Below, in pieces: positions 29,492 to 38,713 of a DNA stretch of 64,000 nucleotides. The number at the start of each line of letters is the position of its first letter. Positions within the stretch are counted from its first letter, which is position 1. Source of the stretch: Desulfomonilia bacterium. Its GTDB lineage: Bacteria; Desulfobacterota; Desulfomonilia; UBA1062. The DNA lies in NCBI GenBank assembly GCA_050014195.1, contig JBEKDT010000001.1, positions 384,001 through 448,000 of the forward strand, given 5' to 3'. Made by a program: the position numbers and the translations under genes. The notes beneath the pieces were generated by a model, which had not been told where the DNA came from, made no database searches, and was given only the letters and a program-made list of their open reading frames with translations.

Positions 29492-30726
29492 TGCCTTTTG
29501 TAAACCCCCACGACATTGAAGTGGTTATACTCGCGGGCGGAAAGGGCGAACGGCTCTATCCTCTGACCAAAGACCGCGCCAAGCCCGCGGTGCCTTTCGC
29601 CGGGATGTACCGCATCATTGACTTTACCCTGTCCAACTGTGTGAATTCCGACCTCAAGAAAATTTATGTACTCTCACAATACAAGTCCCACTCTTTAAAC
29701 CGCCATATCCAGCAGGGATGGCTCTCGTTCTTCTCATATCCCATGGGTGAGTTTATCTATGACATCCCGGCACAGCAGCGGATCGGGAACAGTTGGTACG
29801 AGGGCACGGCCGATGCGGTTTTCCAGAACATCTATTCCCTCCAGCATGACATGCCCGGTTATACCCTGATTCTCTCAGGTGACCACATCTACCAGATGAA
29901 CTATATGGAGATGATACAGTCCCACGTGCGGAGAAAGGCGGATGTGACCATAGGGGTTGTCCCGATGCCCGTTGAAACTGCCTCTCAGTTCGGTGTGATC
30001 AAAGCGGATAAGGGCATGAACGTAGTGGGTTTCCAGGAAAAACCCAAGAAGGAACCCTTCACCATGCAGGGCGATGCAAGCAAGGTCATGGTCTCCATGG
30101 GGATCTATGTGTTCGACACCAAGACACTCATCCGCAAGCTCGTGGAGGATGCAAAGCTGAAGTCGAGCTCACATGATTTCGGCAAGGACATTATCCCGCG
30201 CATGGTTAAGCACAACAAGATCATGGTATATCCATTTAAGGGCATCATGGGAAATGGCTACTGGCGCGACATCGGCACGCTCGATGCCTACTACGAGGCC
30301 AACATGGACCTGGTATCCGTCACACCCCAATGTAACCTTTATCATCCCAACTGGCCGGTGCATACGGTCTATAGTCCCTTCCCGCCGGCAAAGATGGTCT
30401 TCTCCGGAGGTAAGGACGGCAAGCGCATCGGCATGGTGCTGGACTCCATTATCTGTGACGGTGCCATTGTCTCGGGCGGGAAGGTCGAACGTTCCATCAT
30501 CTCGCCCAATGTCAGGGTCCACAGTTATTCCGAGATTGAGGATTCCATGCTCATGGAAGGTGTTGAGATCGGGAGGAATTGCAAGATCAGGCGTACCATT
30601 ATAGACAAATACGTCAAGATACCGCCCCGAACAATAATCGGTTATGATCCGGAGGACGACAAGAAAAGGTTCGATGTCTCTCCCGGCGGGATTGTTGTTG
30701 TTTCCAAGAACACCATGTTCGATTGA
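29491..30726 (+). CDS. glgC: Glucose-1-phosphate adenylyltransferase
   Basis: LAGGKGERLYPLT.DRAKPAVPF, GTADAV, FQEKP, HDFGKD, YWRDIG. Confidence 0.96.
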   Translation: MPFVNPHDIEVVILAGGKGERLYPLTKDRAKPAVPFAGMYRIIDFTLSNCVNSDLKKIYVLSQYKSHSLNRHIQQGWLSFFSYPMGEFIYDIPAQQRIGNSWYEGTADAVFQNIYSLQHDMPGYTLILSGDHIYQMNYMEMIQSHVRRKADVTIGVVPMPVETASQFGVIKADKGMNVVGFQEKPKKEPFTMQGDASKVMVSMGIYVFDTKTLIRKLVEDAKLKSSSHDFGKDIIPRMVKHNKIMVYPFKGIMGNGYWRDIGTLDAYYEANMDLVSVTPQCNLYHPNWPVHTVYSPFPPAKMVFSGGKDGKRIGMVLDSIICDGAIVSGGKVERSIISPNVRVHSYSEIEDSMLMEGVEIGRNCKIRRTIIDKYVKIPPRTIIGYDPEDDKKRFDVSPGGIVVVSKNTMFD

Positions 30727-30734
30727 TCAGGCTC

Positions 30735-32021
30735 ATGAAACGTATCGCCCTGGTGAGCCTCGGCTGCCCCAAGAATCTTGTGGACTCGGAATATATATGT
30801 GAGAGGTTCATAAAGGCAGATTATACCCTTGTCCAAAACCTTGAAGACGCCGATCTGGTCGTCGTGAACACCTGTTCTTTCCTCACTTCTGCAGTGGAGG
30901 AATCCGTCAATACCCTGCTGGACCTTGTCAAAAGCGGCAAGGAGGTGCTTTGCACCGGCTGCCTGGTAAGCAGGTACGGCCATGAGATTGCCAAGGAACT
31001 CCCTGAGATCCGCCTGTTTGCAGGGCCCGGTAGTTATGAAGGGATCGTGGATGCGTATGAGTCCGGCAGGAAATACCTCGAACCGTCCTTTGACTCCGTT
31101 GTGAAGAGATCATTCTTCTCCGGTACGGCAAGTGCTTATGTAAAGGTGAGCGAGGGGTGCGACAACCGCTGCAACTACTGTCTTATCCCATCGATCAGGG
31201 GGAGGCTTGTAAGCAAGTCAGTGGAAGAGGTGGTTGCCGAATGCCTGGACCTTGCCGGCAGTGGGGCAAAGGAGATCATCCTGGTGGCCCAGGACCTGGG
31301 CGGCTATGGAAAGGACCTGGCCTTGAAGGACGGCCTTAATAGACTTGTCGAGAAGATATCCGCCATCGATGCCGTCGAGTGGATCCGCCTCATGTACATC
31401 CATCCGGCATCGCTCACCAAGGCTCTGATGAGACAGTTCGACAGCAACCCCAAGGTGTGCCCGTATATCGACCTGCCCATCCAGCATGTCTCCGATACGG
31501 TTCTTAAGGCCATGGGAAGGCGGGGCGGCTCAAAGGCTGTTCGCAGGGCCTTTGATCTCATTCAAAAGACCCATAAGGATATCTGGGTAAGAACAAGCCT
31601 CATGGTGGGCCATCCGGGCGAAGACGATGAGGCCTTCAGCGAGCTGGAACACTTTGTTGCACAAGGGAACATTGACCATCTCGGTGTCTTTGCCTATTCA
31701 CCGGAGCCTGGCACGAAAAGCTCCTGCCGGCATAACAGGGCTGAAGGCAGTGTCGCCCTGAAGAGGAAGCGCAGGCTCATGGCCCTCCAACAGCGCCTCT
31801 CGAAAAAAAGACTTCACAAGCTCAGAGGGAACAGGATAAAAGTACTCATCGAGGGATACCACCCTGAAACCAAGCTCCTCCTGAGAGGCAGGGCACCATT
31901 CCAGGCCCCGGAGGTGGACGGCATGGTGATCATCAACGAGGGTGGGGCTGATGCCGGGACCATCGTGGAGGTTGAGATTACCGGTTCTTGGGAATATGAT
32001 CTGATCGGAAGGGTCGTATGA
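30735..32021 (+). CDS. rimO: Ribosomal protein S12 methylthiotransferase
   Basis: SLGCPKNLVDSE, VNTCSF, EGCDNRCNYC, WIRLMY, QAPEVDG, TRAM domain. Confidence 0.94.
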   Translation: MKRIALVSLGCPKNLVDSEYICERFIKADYTLVQNLEDADLVVVNTCSFLTSAVEESVNTLLDLVKSGKEVLCTGCLVSRYGHEIAKELPEIRLFAGPGSYEGIVDAYESGRKYLEPSFDSVVKRSFFSGTASAYVKVSEGCDNRCNYCLIPSIRGRLVSKSVEEVVAECLDLAGSGAKEIILVAQDLGGYGKDLALKDGLNRLVEKISAIDAVEWIRLMYIHPASLTKALMRQFDSNPKVCPYIDLPIQHVSDTVLKAMGRRGGSKAVRRAFDLIQKTHKDIWVRTSLMVGHPGEDDEAFSELEHFVAQGNIDHLGVFAYSPEPGTKSSCRHNRAEGSVALKRKRRLMALQQRLSKKRLHKLRGNRIKVLIEGYHPETKLLLRGRAPFQAPEVDGMVIINEGGADAGTIVEVEITGSWEYDLIGRVV

Positions 32022-32998
32022 ATGCATCCCGAATCATAGAGCTTGGAAAAGAAGCCGTGCGTATTGAGATCGAAGGTCTCGAGGAGCTTGCTTCTCAGAT
32101 AGGAGAGGGATTTGCACTGGCAGTGAAGATCATCGCTGACCTCAAGGGCAAGGTAGTGCTCACAGGGGTCGGGAAGTCGGGCATCATAGCCAAGAAGATC
32201 GCCTCCACCATGATGAGCATCGGTACACCCGCCATCTTCATGCATCCCGTGGACGGGCTGCACGGCGATCTCGGCTCCATCGTAGCCGAAGATGCCGCCA
32301 TCATTATCACCAACAGCGGCATGACGACAGAGGTCATCAATCTCATCCCTTCATTAAAAAAACTCTGTATCCCTATCATCACCATCACCTCGGATACGGA
32401 CTCTACGGTAGCAAGGGCATCCGACGTGGTATTGAAATGCAGCGTGAGCCGCGAGGCCTGCAACCTTGGGCTCGCACCCACCGCCTCAACCACTGCCCAA
32501 CTCGCACTGGGTGATGCCATTGCCGTAGTAGTCTCCCGGATCAAGGGCTTTGATAAGGATTCCTTTCATATCCTCCACCCTGCAGGCGAGCTTGGGAAAC
32601 AACTCATGGTGGGCATCTCCCAGATGATGATCACCGATGAACGTATCCCTGTGGTTAGCCTCGATATGCCTCTGCCTGATGTCGTAATAGAGATGACACA
32701 GAAAAAACTGGGTTTCACCCTTGTAAAAAAGGGGGCTTCCGTGGAGGGAATGATTACGGACGGTGACCTGAGGAGGGTGCTCCTTAAGTATGGGGATCAG
32801 CTTGCAGGGCTTAGGGCCAAAGATATCATGTCACCGAAACCCAAGTGCATCAACGGCAACAAGCTGGCCATCGATGCGTTGGATATCATGGAGAAATTCC
32901 AGATCACTTCTCTCGTAGTAACCGACGAGTCCGACACAATGACCGGCGTCATTCATCTGCATGATCTCCTGGGAAGAGGTAAGCTGGGACTGCGCTGA
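32018..32998 (+). CDS. kdsD: Arabinose-5-phosphate isomerase (SIS + 2 CBS), KpsF/GutQ family
   Basis: GVGKSG, HGDLG, LAPTASTT, HPAG.LG, TDGDLRR. Confidence 0.93.
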   Translation: MNASRIIELGKEAVRIEIEGLEELASQIGEGFALAVKIIADLKGKVVLTGVGKSGIIAKKIASTMMSIGTPAIFMHPVDGLHGDLGSIVAEDAAIIITNSGMTTEVINLIPSLKKLCIPIITITSDTDSTVARASDVVLKCSVSREACNLGLAPTASTTAQLALGDAIAVVVSRIKGFDKDSFHILHPAGELGKQLMVGISQMMITDERIPVVSLDMPLPDVVIEMTQKKLGFTLVKKGASVEGMITDGDLRRVLLKYGDQLAGLRAKDIMSPKPKCINGNKLAIDALDIMEKFQITSLVVTDESDTMTGVIHLHDLLGRGKLGLR

Positions 32999-33147
32999 TG
33001 TTCATTCATACTCTTAAGAAGAATTGCTGTAAACACACACCCTGCCTGATCCCTCTCATAACAGTTTGCAAACATAAGATAACCCTCTTTCCTTTTTGAG
33101 TCGGCTTCACTACGTAAAGTGCAACTTTACACAGGGAGGATTTTTCT

Positions 33148-33621
33148 ATGGAAAAATCATGGCAGGATGTACTGGACAGATTCCATTACGGCATATACCT
33201 CATTTCTATAGCGGCAGACGGTCTTTATAACGGGATGATTGCCTCATGGGTGTCGCAATGCTCACACGACCCGCCGCTCATTACACTCGCCATCAGAAAG
33301 AACAGGCTTTCGCAGGGCCAGATTATGCAAACGGGCAAATTCACCCTCAATGTCCTGCCCAAGGATGCCCTGCCTATCCTTAGCAAATTCAAAGTCCCGG
33401 ACTGGAAACAAAAATTCGACGGCATTGATTACGAACTCTCACCCGGCGGCAATCCCGTCCTCAAAGGTGCCCTGGGGTACCTTGACTGTAACGTTGAGCG
33501 GGCCGTCGATACGGGAGACCATACCCTGTTCATAGGCCGTATAACAGGGGGTGCATTGAAGAATGAGGCAGATACGCTTTCTACGATCCAGTATCCTGGC
33601 AGGTACAGGGGCGATAAGTAG
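33148..33621 (+). CDS. Flavin reductase family protein
   Basis: NGMIASWVSQCSHDPP, GDHTLFIG; SD GGGAGG. Confidence 0.88.
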   Translation: MEKSWQDVLDRFHYGIYLISIAADGLYNGMIASWVSQCSHDPPLITLAIRKNRLSQGQIMQTGKFTLNVLPKDALPILSKFKVPDWKQKFDGIDYELSPGGNPVLKGALGYLDCNVERAVDTGDHTLFIGRITGGALKNEADTLSTIQYPGRYRGDK

Positions 33622-34103
33622 CAACTGGGCAGGAATCAATAGGAACAGTGTCAAGCGACTGAATTTGTATTCCCCCGTAATGGGAAGATGACGGTGTACC
33701 ATTTTCCATGCGAGCTGCAGAATAAAATCCATTAAATCTTTTCCAAATCAATACGTTTAGATCTTGTTATGAAATCTCTGATAATCAAGTAGCGATAAGA
33801 ATGTACATTATCATCAATTTCCCAGGTCTTGTGGAACTGATCAGTTATCGCAGTAATGTTCACTTTGGAAAAAGTGATGCTAATGAGTTATAATCAACAG
33901 TAGGCCTATTCAAACTTAGCTTAGGAATAGTCACATGATCATCGGTTTCTCAGTACTTGATAATAGTATTGCGAGGATTTTAGTATACTGCATTTTGCTT
34001 TGAACTTTTATAGTGCTAAGCTGTAAAAGAGAAGTATATTTATTGTTAGACATTAATGTTTAATGGATTATGCTTATTAGAATAAACTTAGTAGGTGAAA
34101 ATA

Positions 34104-35024
34104 ATGAATGAAAAACAATTCGAGAGCATTCTGGAGAGGTATCCTGAGTTAATCGAGCATGGCCTACTACTCAAAGGACGGCAGGTCTCAATAAAAGGGA
34201 AGTATATTGATTTGCTTTATATAGATAAGCATGGTCAGAAGTTAATTATAGAACTGAAAATAGGTACAATTGTTCGCAACCATATTGGTCAACTCATAGA
34301 TTATGAAGGTGAACTTCTTAGTCCAGATGATCCCACAATTAGAATAATGATCGTGGGTAACCGTGTTCCTCCCAATCTTCGAAGATCTTTGGAACATCAT
34401 GGAATAGAATGGAAAGAAATCTCTTACCAATATTTGATCAGCTTTCTCAAGGAACAGAATGATTATGAGTTCCTTCAGTTTTTTAATAATGAAAATTTAG
34501 AATTTAATGAGGATGCTCCTTTGATGAGGAAACAAAGGCATGTTTCAGAGTCAACACAATCAATCAATGTTTATAATAAACCTGAAGGACTACAGGTAAG
34601 AAACGGAGCGTGTCTTATGAAGGGATTAAACGAGTCTAAGTATTCCCTCCAAGAAGTTTACGAGAAACAAAATCCTAGTCCCTCTGTTCAAAGGCTTCTG
34701 GAGGAATTCCACCATCAGCTTGTTCAGCGACTGGATGAGAATAACCTGCATTGGATGGCCAGGACACACATCGCAGGAATCTCTTACCTCTGCAATGATC
34801 GTAAGGCCTTTTTATTTCTCGATGTAAGACAGCAATTTATAACAACTCACTTCTTTACAGGAAAGAGTAGTATCGCTGGTATAGGTAAAAGGAATTGGTT
34901 ACATCTCGAAGATAACCTTGGTAGCCAACCCCATAGAATTGTCGATAAAACGTCTCTAGATCGTGCGCTATCATTTGCTGTAGAGGCATATCACATAGCT
35001 AGCGAGTGGACAGGCTTAAAGTAG
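34104..35024 (+). CDS. NucS/DUF91-like PD-(D/E)XK endonuclease domain protein
   Basis: E...E.IL..YPELIE, IDLL..D....IIELK, GQL.DY; AT-rich sequence. Confidence 0.75.
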   Translation: MNEKQFESILERYPELIEHGLLLKGRQVSIKGKYIDLLYIDKHGQKLIIELKIGTIVRNHIGQLIDYEGELLSPDDPTIRIMIVGNRVPPNLRRSLEHHGIEWKEISYQYLISFLKEQNDYEFLQFFNNENLEFNEDAPLMRKQRHVSESTQSINVYNKPEGLQVRNGACLMKGLNESKYSLQEVYEKQNPSPSVQRLLEEFHHQLVQRLDENNLHWMARTHIAGISYLCNDRKAFLFLDVRQQFITTHFFTGKSSIAGIGKRNWLHLEDNLGSQPHRIVDKTSLDRALSFAVEAYHIASEWTGLK

Positions 35025-35320
35025 AAACTGATAACGATTGCCTTTTGTTATCTAATAAGAAATTCGGTGTTCCTCAATCCTTGATGTCATACCGCTGATT
35101 ACGCAAAAGAAGCATCGGTTTTATAAACATGGAAATATTGTATAGATCGTGCCATCTCTTATGGTTAATTCAGAGTGATGATTCCCTTGAAAATCAACAT
35201 TCCCCACCAGCCTTTAAACCAAAGGTTTTGAGATGAAATCTCTATCCTTCCATTAAACAGATAAAACGGTCTACATGGTGTCGGAGACGATTAATAATAA
35301 TGTGAGCAGAGGTCTTTTTT

Positions 35321-35507
35321 CATCCCCTCTGAACCCGGTGAGCGAGCGCTGGAAAATCTGGGGGGAAAGCGTCGTCTGTTTGAGCGGAGTGAAACGGAGC
35401 GAGTTTCGACGCGGCCCGGATTTTTCAAGCGAGCGAGCGCACCCTTCAGGGCGGGTTCATGGGGTGCCTTTTCTTTCGTCCTTTCTTTTGGCACCAAAAG
35501 AAAGGAC
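35321..35507. repeat. Nested-hairpin structured element (~190 bp)
   Basis: Three nested inverted repeats plus a terminal perfect 14-bp hairpin GTCCTTTCTTTTGG/CCAAAAGAAAGGAC. Confidence 0.6.
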
Positions 35508-35600
35508 AAGAAAATAAAAATGGTACAGTCTATAAACATAGGTAAAACAACCATAAATCTTCATTCTGTGAAATCTGCTCCATCCATCAAATCAGATAAT

Positions 35601-35633
35601 AAAAAAGGGAGGGAACTTAAGATTCCCTCCCTT
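35601..35633 (-). terminator. Intrinsic terminator of the acyl-CoA dehydrogenase gene
   Basis: AAGGGAGGGAA/TTCCCTCCCTT stem followed by a U-tract on the minus strand. Confidence 0.8.
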
Positions 35634-35655
35634 GGTGTTTCGAATAGGAGACGGT

Positions 35656-37479
35656 TTAGATGGCGAATGCCTCGTCCGGGATCCTCACGCAGCTGATCTC
35701 GTCCTTGGTGAGTGTCTCACACTTGGAAGGGACCAGCGCCGTGATCCTGTTGATGTAGAACTTGGCGCCTTCGATCTTGCCCGTGTAGAACATCTTTTCC
35801 TTGTCGATGGGATTGGCTGCAAGCTTCTCGGCGGCGACGTTTGCCATCCAGATGTGGAACCAGCCGCAGATGGCCTCGGCAAGACAGTTGAGGAAATCAC
35901 ACGCTGCGATGAGCGGGATGAACGGGTTTGACCTGATAAGCTGGCTGAACTGCATGGCGGTTCCGGCACATGCATTCAACGCCTTTTCCACGATCTCGGC
36001 CTCGGCCTTGAGGTTGTCGTTAGCCTTGGCCTTGGCAACCTGGGCGGCTGTTTCGCCGAGCATGTTCATGAAGTACAGGCCTTTCTTCATGCCGAGTTTC
36101 CTGCCCAAGAGGTCGAGTGCCTGGATGCCGTTGGTGCCTTCGTAGATGCCGTTGATCCTGTTGTCCCTCATCATCTGCTCGACCGGGTACTCACGGCAGA
36201 AGCCGTAGCCGCCGTAGGTCTGGACCGCCAGGGAAGTGACCACATCGCCCATATCGGTGCCGTAGGCCTTCACGATGGGGGTATACATCTCGATCATGCC
36301 CTGCCACTTGACCTTCTCTTCATCCGTAGTGGCAACCTTCAGCCTGTCCATGGCATAGTAGCAGTACAGGGCCAGGATCTTGAGGGCCTCGGTGATGGAC
36401 TTCATCTTTAAGAGCATCCTGCGGATGTCCGGGTGCTGGATGATAGGGCACTGCTTTGCATTCGGGTCTTTCATCTGCATGATGTTCACACCCTGCATAC
36501 GCTCTTTCGCATAGGCAAGGGCATGGAGGTATGCGGTGGTCGACAGGGCGACACCCATGGTGCCCACACCCTGGCGTTCTTCGTTCATCATCTGGAACAT
36601 GATCGGCATGCCCTGGCGCTCCTCGCCCATGAGGTAGCCGATGCACTTGCCGTTTTCGCCGAAGTTGAGCGTAGCGGTGGCATTGCCGTGGATACCCATT
36701 TTGCTCTCGATGCCGCCGCAGTTCATGTCATTGGGCTTGCCCAATGAACCGTCCGGGTTGATCATGATCTTGGGTACTACAAATATGGAGATGCCCTTGG
36801 TACCGGCCGGATCGCCCTCGATCCTTGCGAGTACCGGGTGAATGATGTTCGGGGTCAGATCATGGTCGCCTGCAGATATGAAGCACTTGGTCCCCGTGAT
36901 GGAGAATGTTCCATCGGGATTCCTCTTCGCCGTTGACTTCAGCGCTCCCACGTCGGAGCCTGCACCCGGCTCGGTGAGGCACATGGTTCCGGCCCACTCG
37001 CCGCTGAACATCTTCTCAAGGATGATATTTCTCAACGGATGCTGGAAGTGATCCTCAATGAGTCTGGCTGCGCCATGGGTAAGACCCGGATACATGAGAA
37101 AAGCCTGGTTGCCTGCAAGGAACATCTGTGCACATGCAGCGGCGATCATGGCTGGGAAACCCTGGCCGCCCACCTCGGGGTTGTCGGAAACGCTCATCCA
37201 ACCGCCCTCGCAGTAGAGCTTGTATACCTTATGGTATGATTCGGGGGCATACACCTTGCCATCCTTGAATACTGCCTCAACAGGCTTTCTCTGAACCTCG
37301 TCCGGATACGTAGGTGCGATATCATTCTCTGTGAATTTTGCCGCCTGTTCGAGAACCATGTTCACCATGTCGGCATCGTGGTCTGCAAAAGGACCTTTGC
37401 CGAGGATCTCATCGCTAATGCGGAATACTTCGTGCAATATGAACTTGAGATCCCTCTCGTCTACCCATTGACTTGCCAT
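35656..37479 (-). CDS. Acyl-CoA dehydrogenase (long, ~600-aa type)
   Basis: GTMCLTEP.AGSD, ITGTKCFIS, KMGIHG, MF.MMNE.R, GGYG, IYEGTNGIQ. Confidence 0.95.
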   Translation of the reverse strand: MASQWVDERDLKFILHEVFRISDEILGKGPFADHDADMVNMVLEQAAKFTENDIAPTYPDEVQRKPVEAVFKDGKVYAPESYHKVYKLYCEGGWMSVSDNPEVGGQGFPAMIAAACAQMFLAGNQAFLMYPGLTHGAARLIEDHFQHPLRNIILEKMFSGEWAGTMCLTEPGAGSDVGALKSTAKRNPDGTFSITGTKCFISAGDHDLTPNIIHPVLARIEGDPAGTKGISIFVVPKIMINPDGSLGKPNDMNCGGIESKMGIHGNATATLNFGENGKCIGYLMGEERQGMPIMFQMMNEERQGVGTMGVALSTTAYLHALAYAKERMQGVNIMQMKDPNAKQCPIIQHPDIRRMLLKMKSITEALKILALYCYYAMDRLKVATTDEEKVKWQGMIEMYTPIVKAYGTDMGDVVTSLAVQTYGGYGFCREYPVEQMMRDNRINGIYEGTNGIQALDLLGRKLGMKKGLYFMNMLGETAAQVAKAKANDNLKAEAEIVEKALNACAGTAMQFSQLIRSNPFIPLIAACDFLNCLAEAICGWFHIWMANVAAEKLAANPIDKEKMFYTGKIEGAKFYINRITALVPSKCETLTKDEISCVRIPDEAFAI

Positions 37480-37526
37480 ATTACCCTCCTTACAAGATTA
37501 TCTTTGATTGTTTTACCTTCCTGTCC

Positions 37527-37571
37527 TGAATGAGCATTCATTCTTATATCCTTTCTATAAATTCATGTCAA
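37527..37571 (-). promoter_or_regulatory. sigma70 promoter (TTGACA-17-TATAAG) with a TetR/FadR-type operator TGAATGAGCATTCATTC
   Basis: -35 at 37566-37571, -10 at 37543-37548, palindrome at 37527-37543 over the predicted TSS. Confidence 0.7.
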
Positions 37572-37686
37572 CATATCTTCTTTTTGGGTAGCGAATAAGT
37601 TTGAATAAATGGTTGTCCTAGATAATCGTTTATGTCATAATTTCCATGCGGAATTGGTTGAATTGGAATAACAGGAGGACGAGAGA

Positions 37687-38523
37687 ATGAATACATTAAG
37701 CGGAACATTCACCACCCAGGACGGAACCACCCTGTGCTGGAAGGCTTGGCTTCCCAATGGAATCCCCAGGGCAGTAATACATCTTATCCACGGCTATGCC
37801 GAGCATATCGAACGCTATGGCAATGTAGTGAATGAGCTGGTTCCGGCAGGCTATGCCGTTTTCGGCAACGATCATCGCGGCCATGGCAGGAGCCAGGGTC
37901 GCCGGGGCCACGTAAAGAGATTCCAGGATTTCATCGAGGACGAAAGACAGTTCTATACCCAGGTGATCCGGAAAGAGCTCCCCGACACCCCGTACTTTGT
38001 GCTGGGTCATTCCATGGGAAGCCTCATTGCCATGAACTATGTGGAACAGAACCCAGACGAACTGAAGGGGCTTGTGTTGTCAGGTACAGGATCACAACCG
38101 GGTACGGATATCCCAAAAATCCTCATAACCTTAACGAAGATTCTCTCAAAGATCCTACCGGCCATTCACGTGAAGTCGCCTCTACCTCCGGAGTTCATAT
38201 CCAGGGACCCGGATGTAGTGAAGGCGTATGTGGATGATCCCCTGGTCTATAATGTCATAACCCCGAGGCTCGCACACGAGATGAACAGGTATGTGGTTCT
38301 GGGGGCGGAAAAAGCCTTCATGATCAAAACCCCGGTGCTCATCCAGCTTGGTTCGCAGGACACGGCATTCTCAGGCCAGAAGGAGCTCTATGAGAAGATC
38401 GGCGCCAAAGACAAGAGCTTCAAACTCTATGACGGCCTCAAACACGAGGTGTATAACGAGCTGCCCAACGATAGGGCCAAGGTGCTCTCCGATCTGCATA
38501 CATGGCTTGACGCTCACTTATAA
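37687..38523 (+). CDS. Alpha/beta hydrolase, lysophospholipase/monoacylglycerol lipase family
   Basis: HGYAEH, DHRGHGRS, GHSMG, HE.YNE. Confidence 0.92.
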   Translation: MNTLSGTFTTQDGTTLCWKAWLPNGIPRAVIHLIHGYAEHIERYGNVVNELVPAGYAVFGNDHRGHGRSQGRRGHVKRFQDFIEDERQFYTQVIRKELPDTPYFVLGHSMGSLIAMNYVEQNPDELKGLVLSGTGSQPGTDIPKILITLTKILSKILPAIHVKSPLPPEFISRDPDVVKAYVDDPLVYNVITPRLAHEMNRYVVLGAEKAFMIKTPVLIQLGSQDTAFSGQKELYEKIGAKDKSFKLYDGLKHEVYNELPNDRAKVLSDLHTWLDAHL

Positions 38524-38532
38524 AATGGGAAA

Positions 38533-38565
38533 AGGCCCTCACCGTCCGTGACGGAAAGGGGCCTT
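38533..38565. terminator. Hairpin between convergent lipase and ahcY genes
   Basis: AAGGCCC..CCGTC/GACGG..GGGCCTT imperfect stem. Confidence 0.45.
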
Positions 38566-38608
38566 AGGCTCATCATCGCTACCATGAGTTGTTCATGTAA
38601 GGATACCC

Positions 38609-38669
38609 TGTAGGAGCGGCTTTAGCCGCGAGGGTGATACCATCAGTCGCGACTGAAGTCGCTCCTACA
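38609..38669. repeat. REP doublet (GTAG-class REPIN)
   Basis: TGTAGGAGCGGCTTTAGCCGCGA and inverted TCGCGACTGAAGTCGCTCCTACA, 15-bp spacer. Confidence 0.85.
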
Positions 38670-38713
38670 AGACATTACCCTCACTCACAGATCAGTGTAT
38701 TATATTAATAGTA

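Noticed and set aside
35275-35554. Small ORFs of 80 and 87 aa on both strands
   Set aside because: They coincide with the nested-hairpin element and have no convincing SD or protein features
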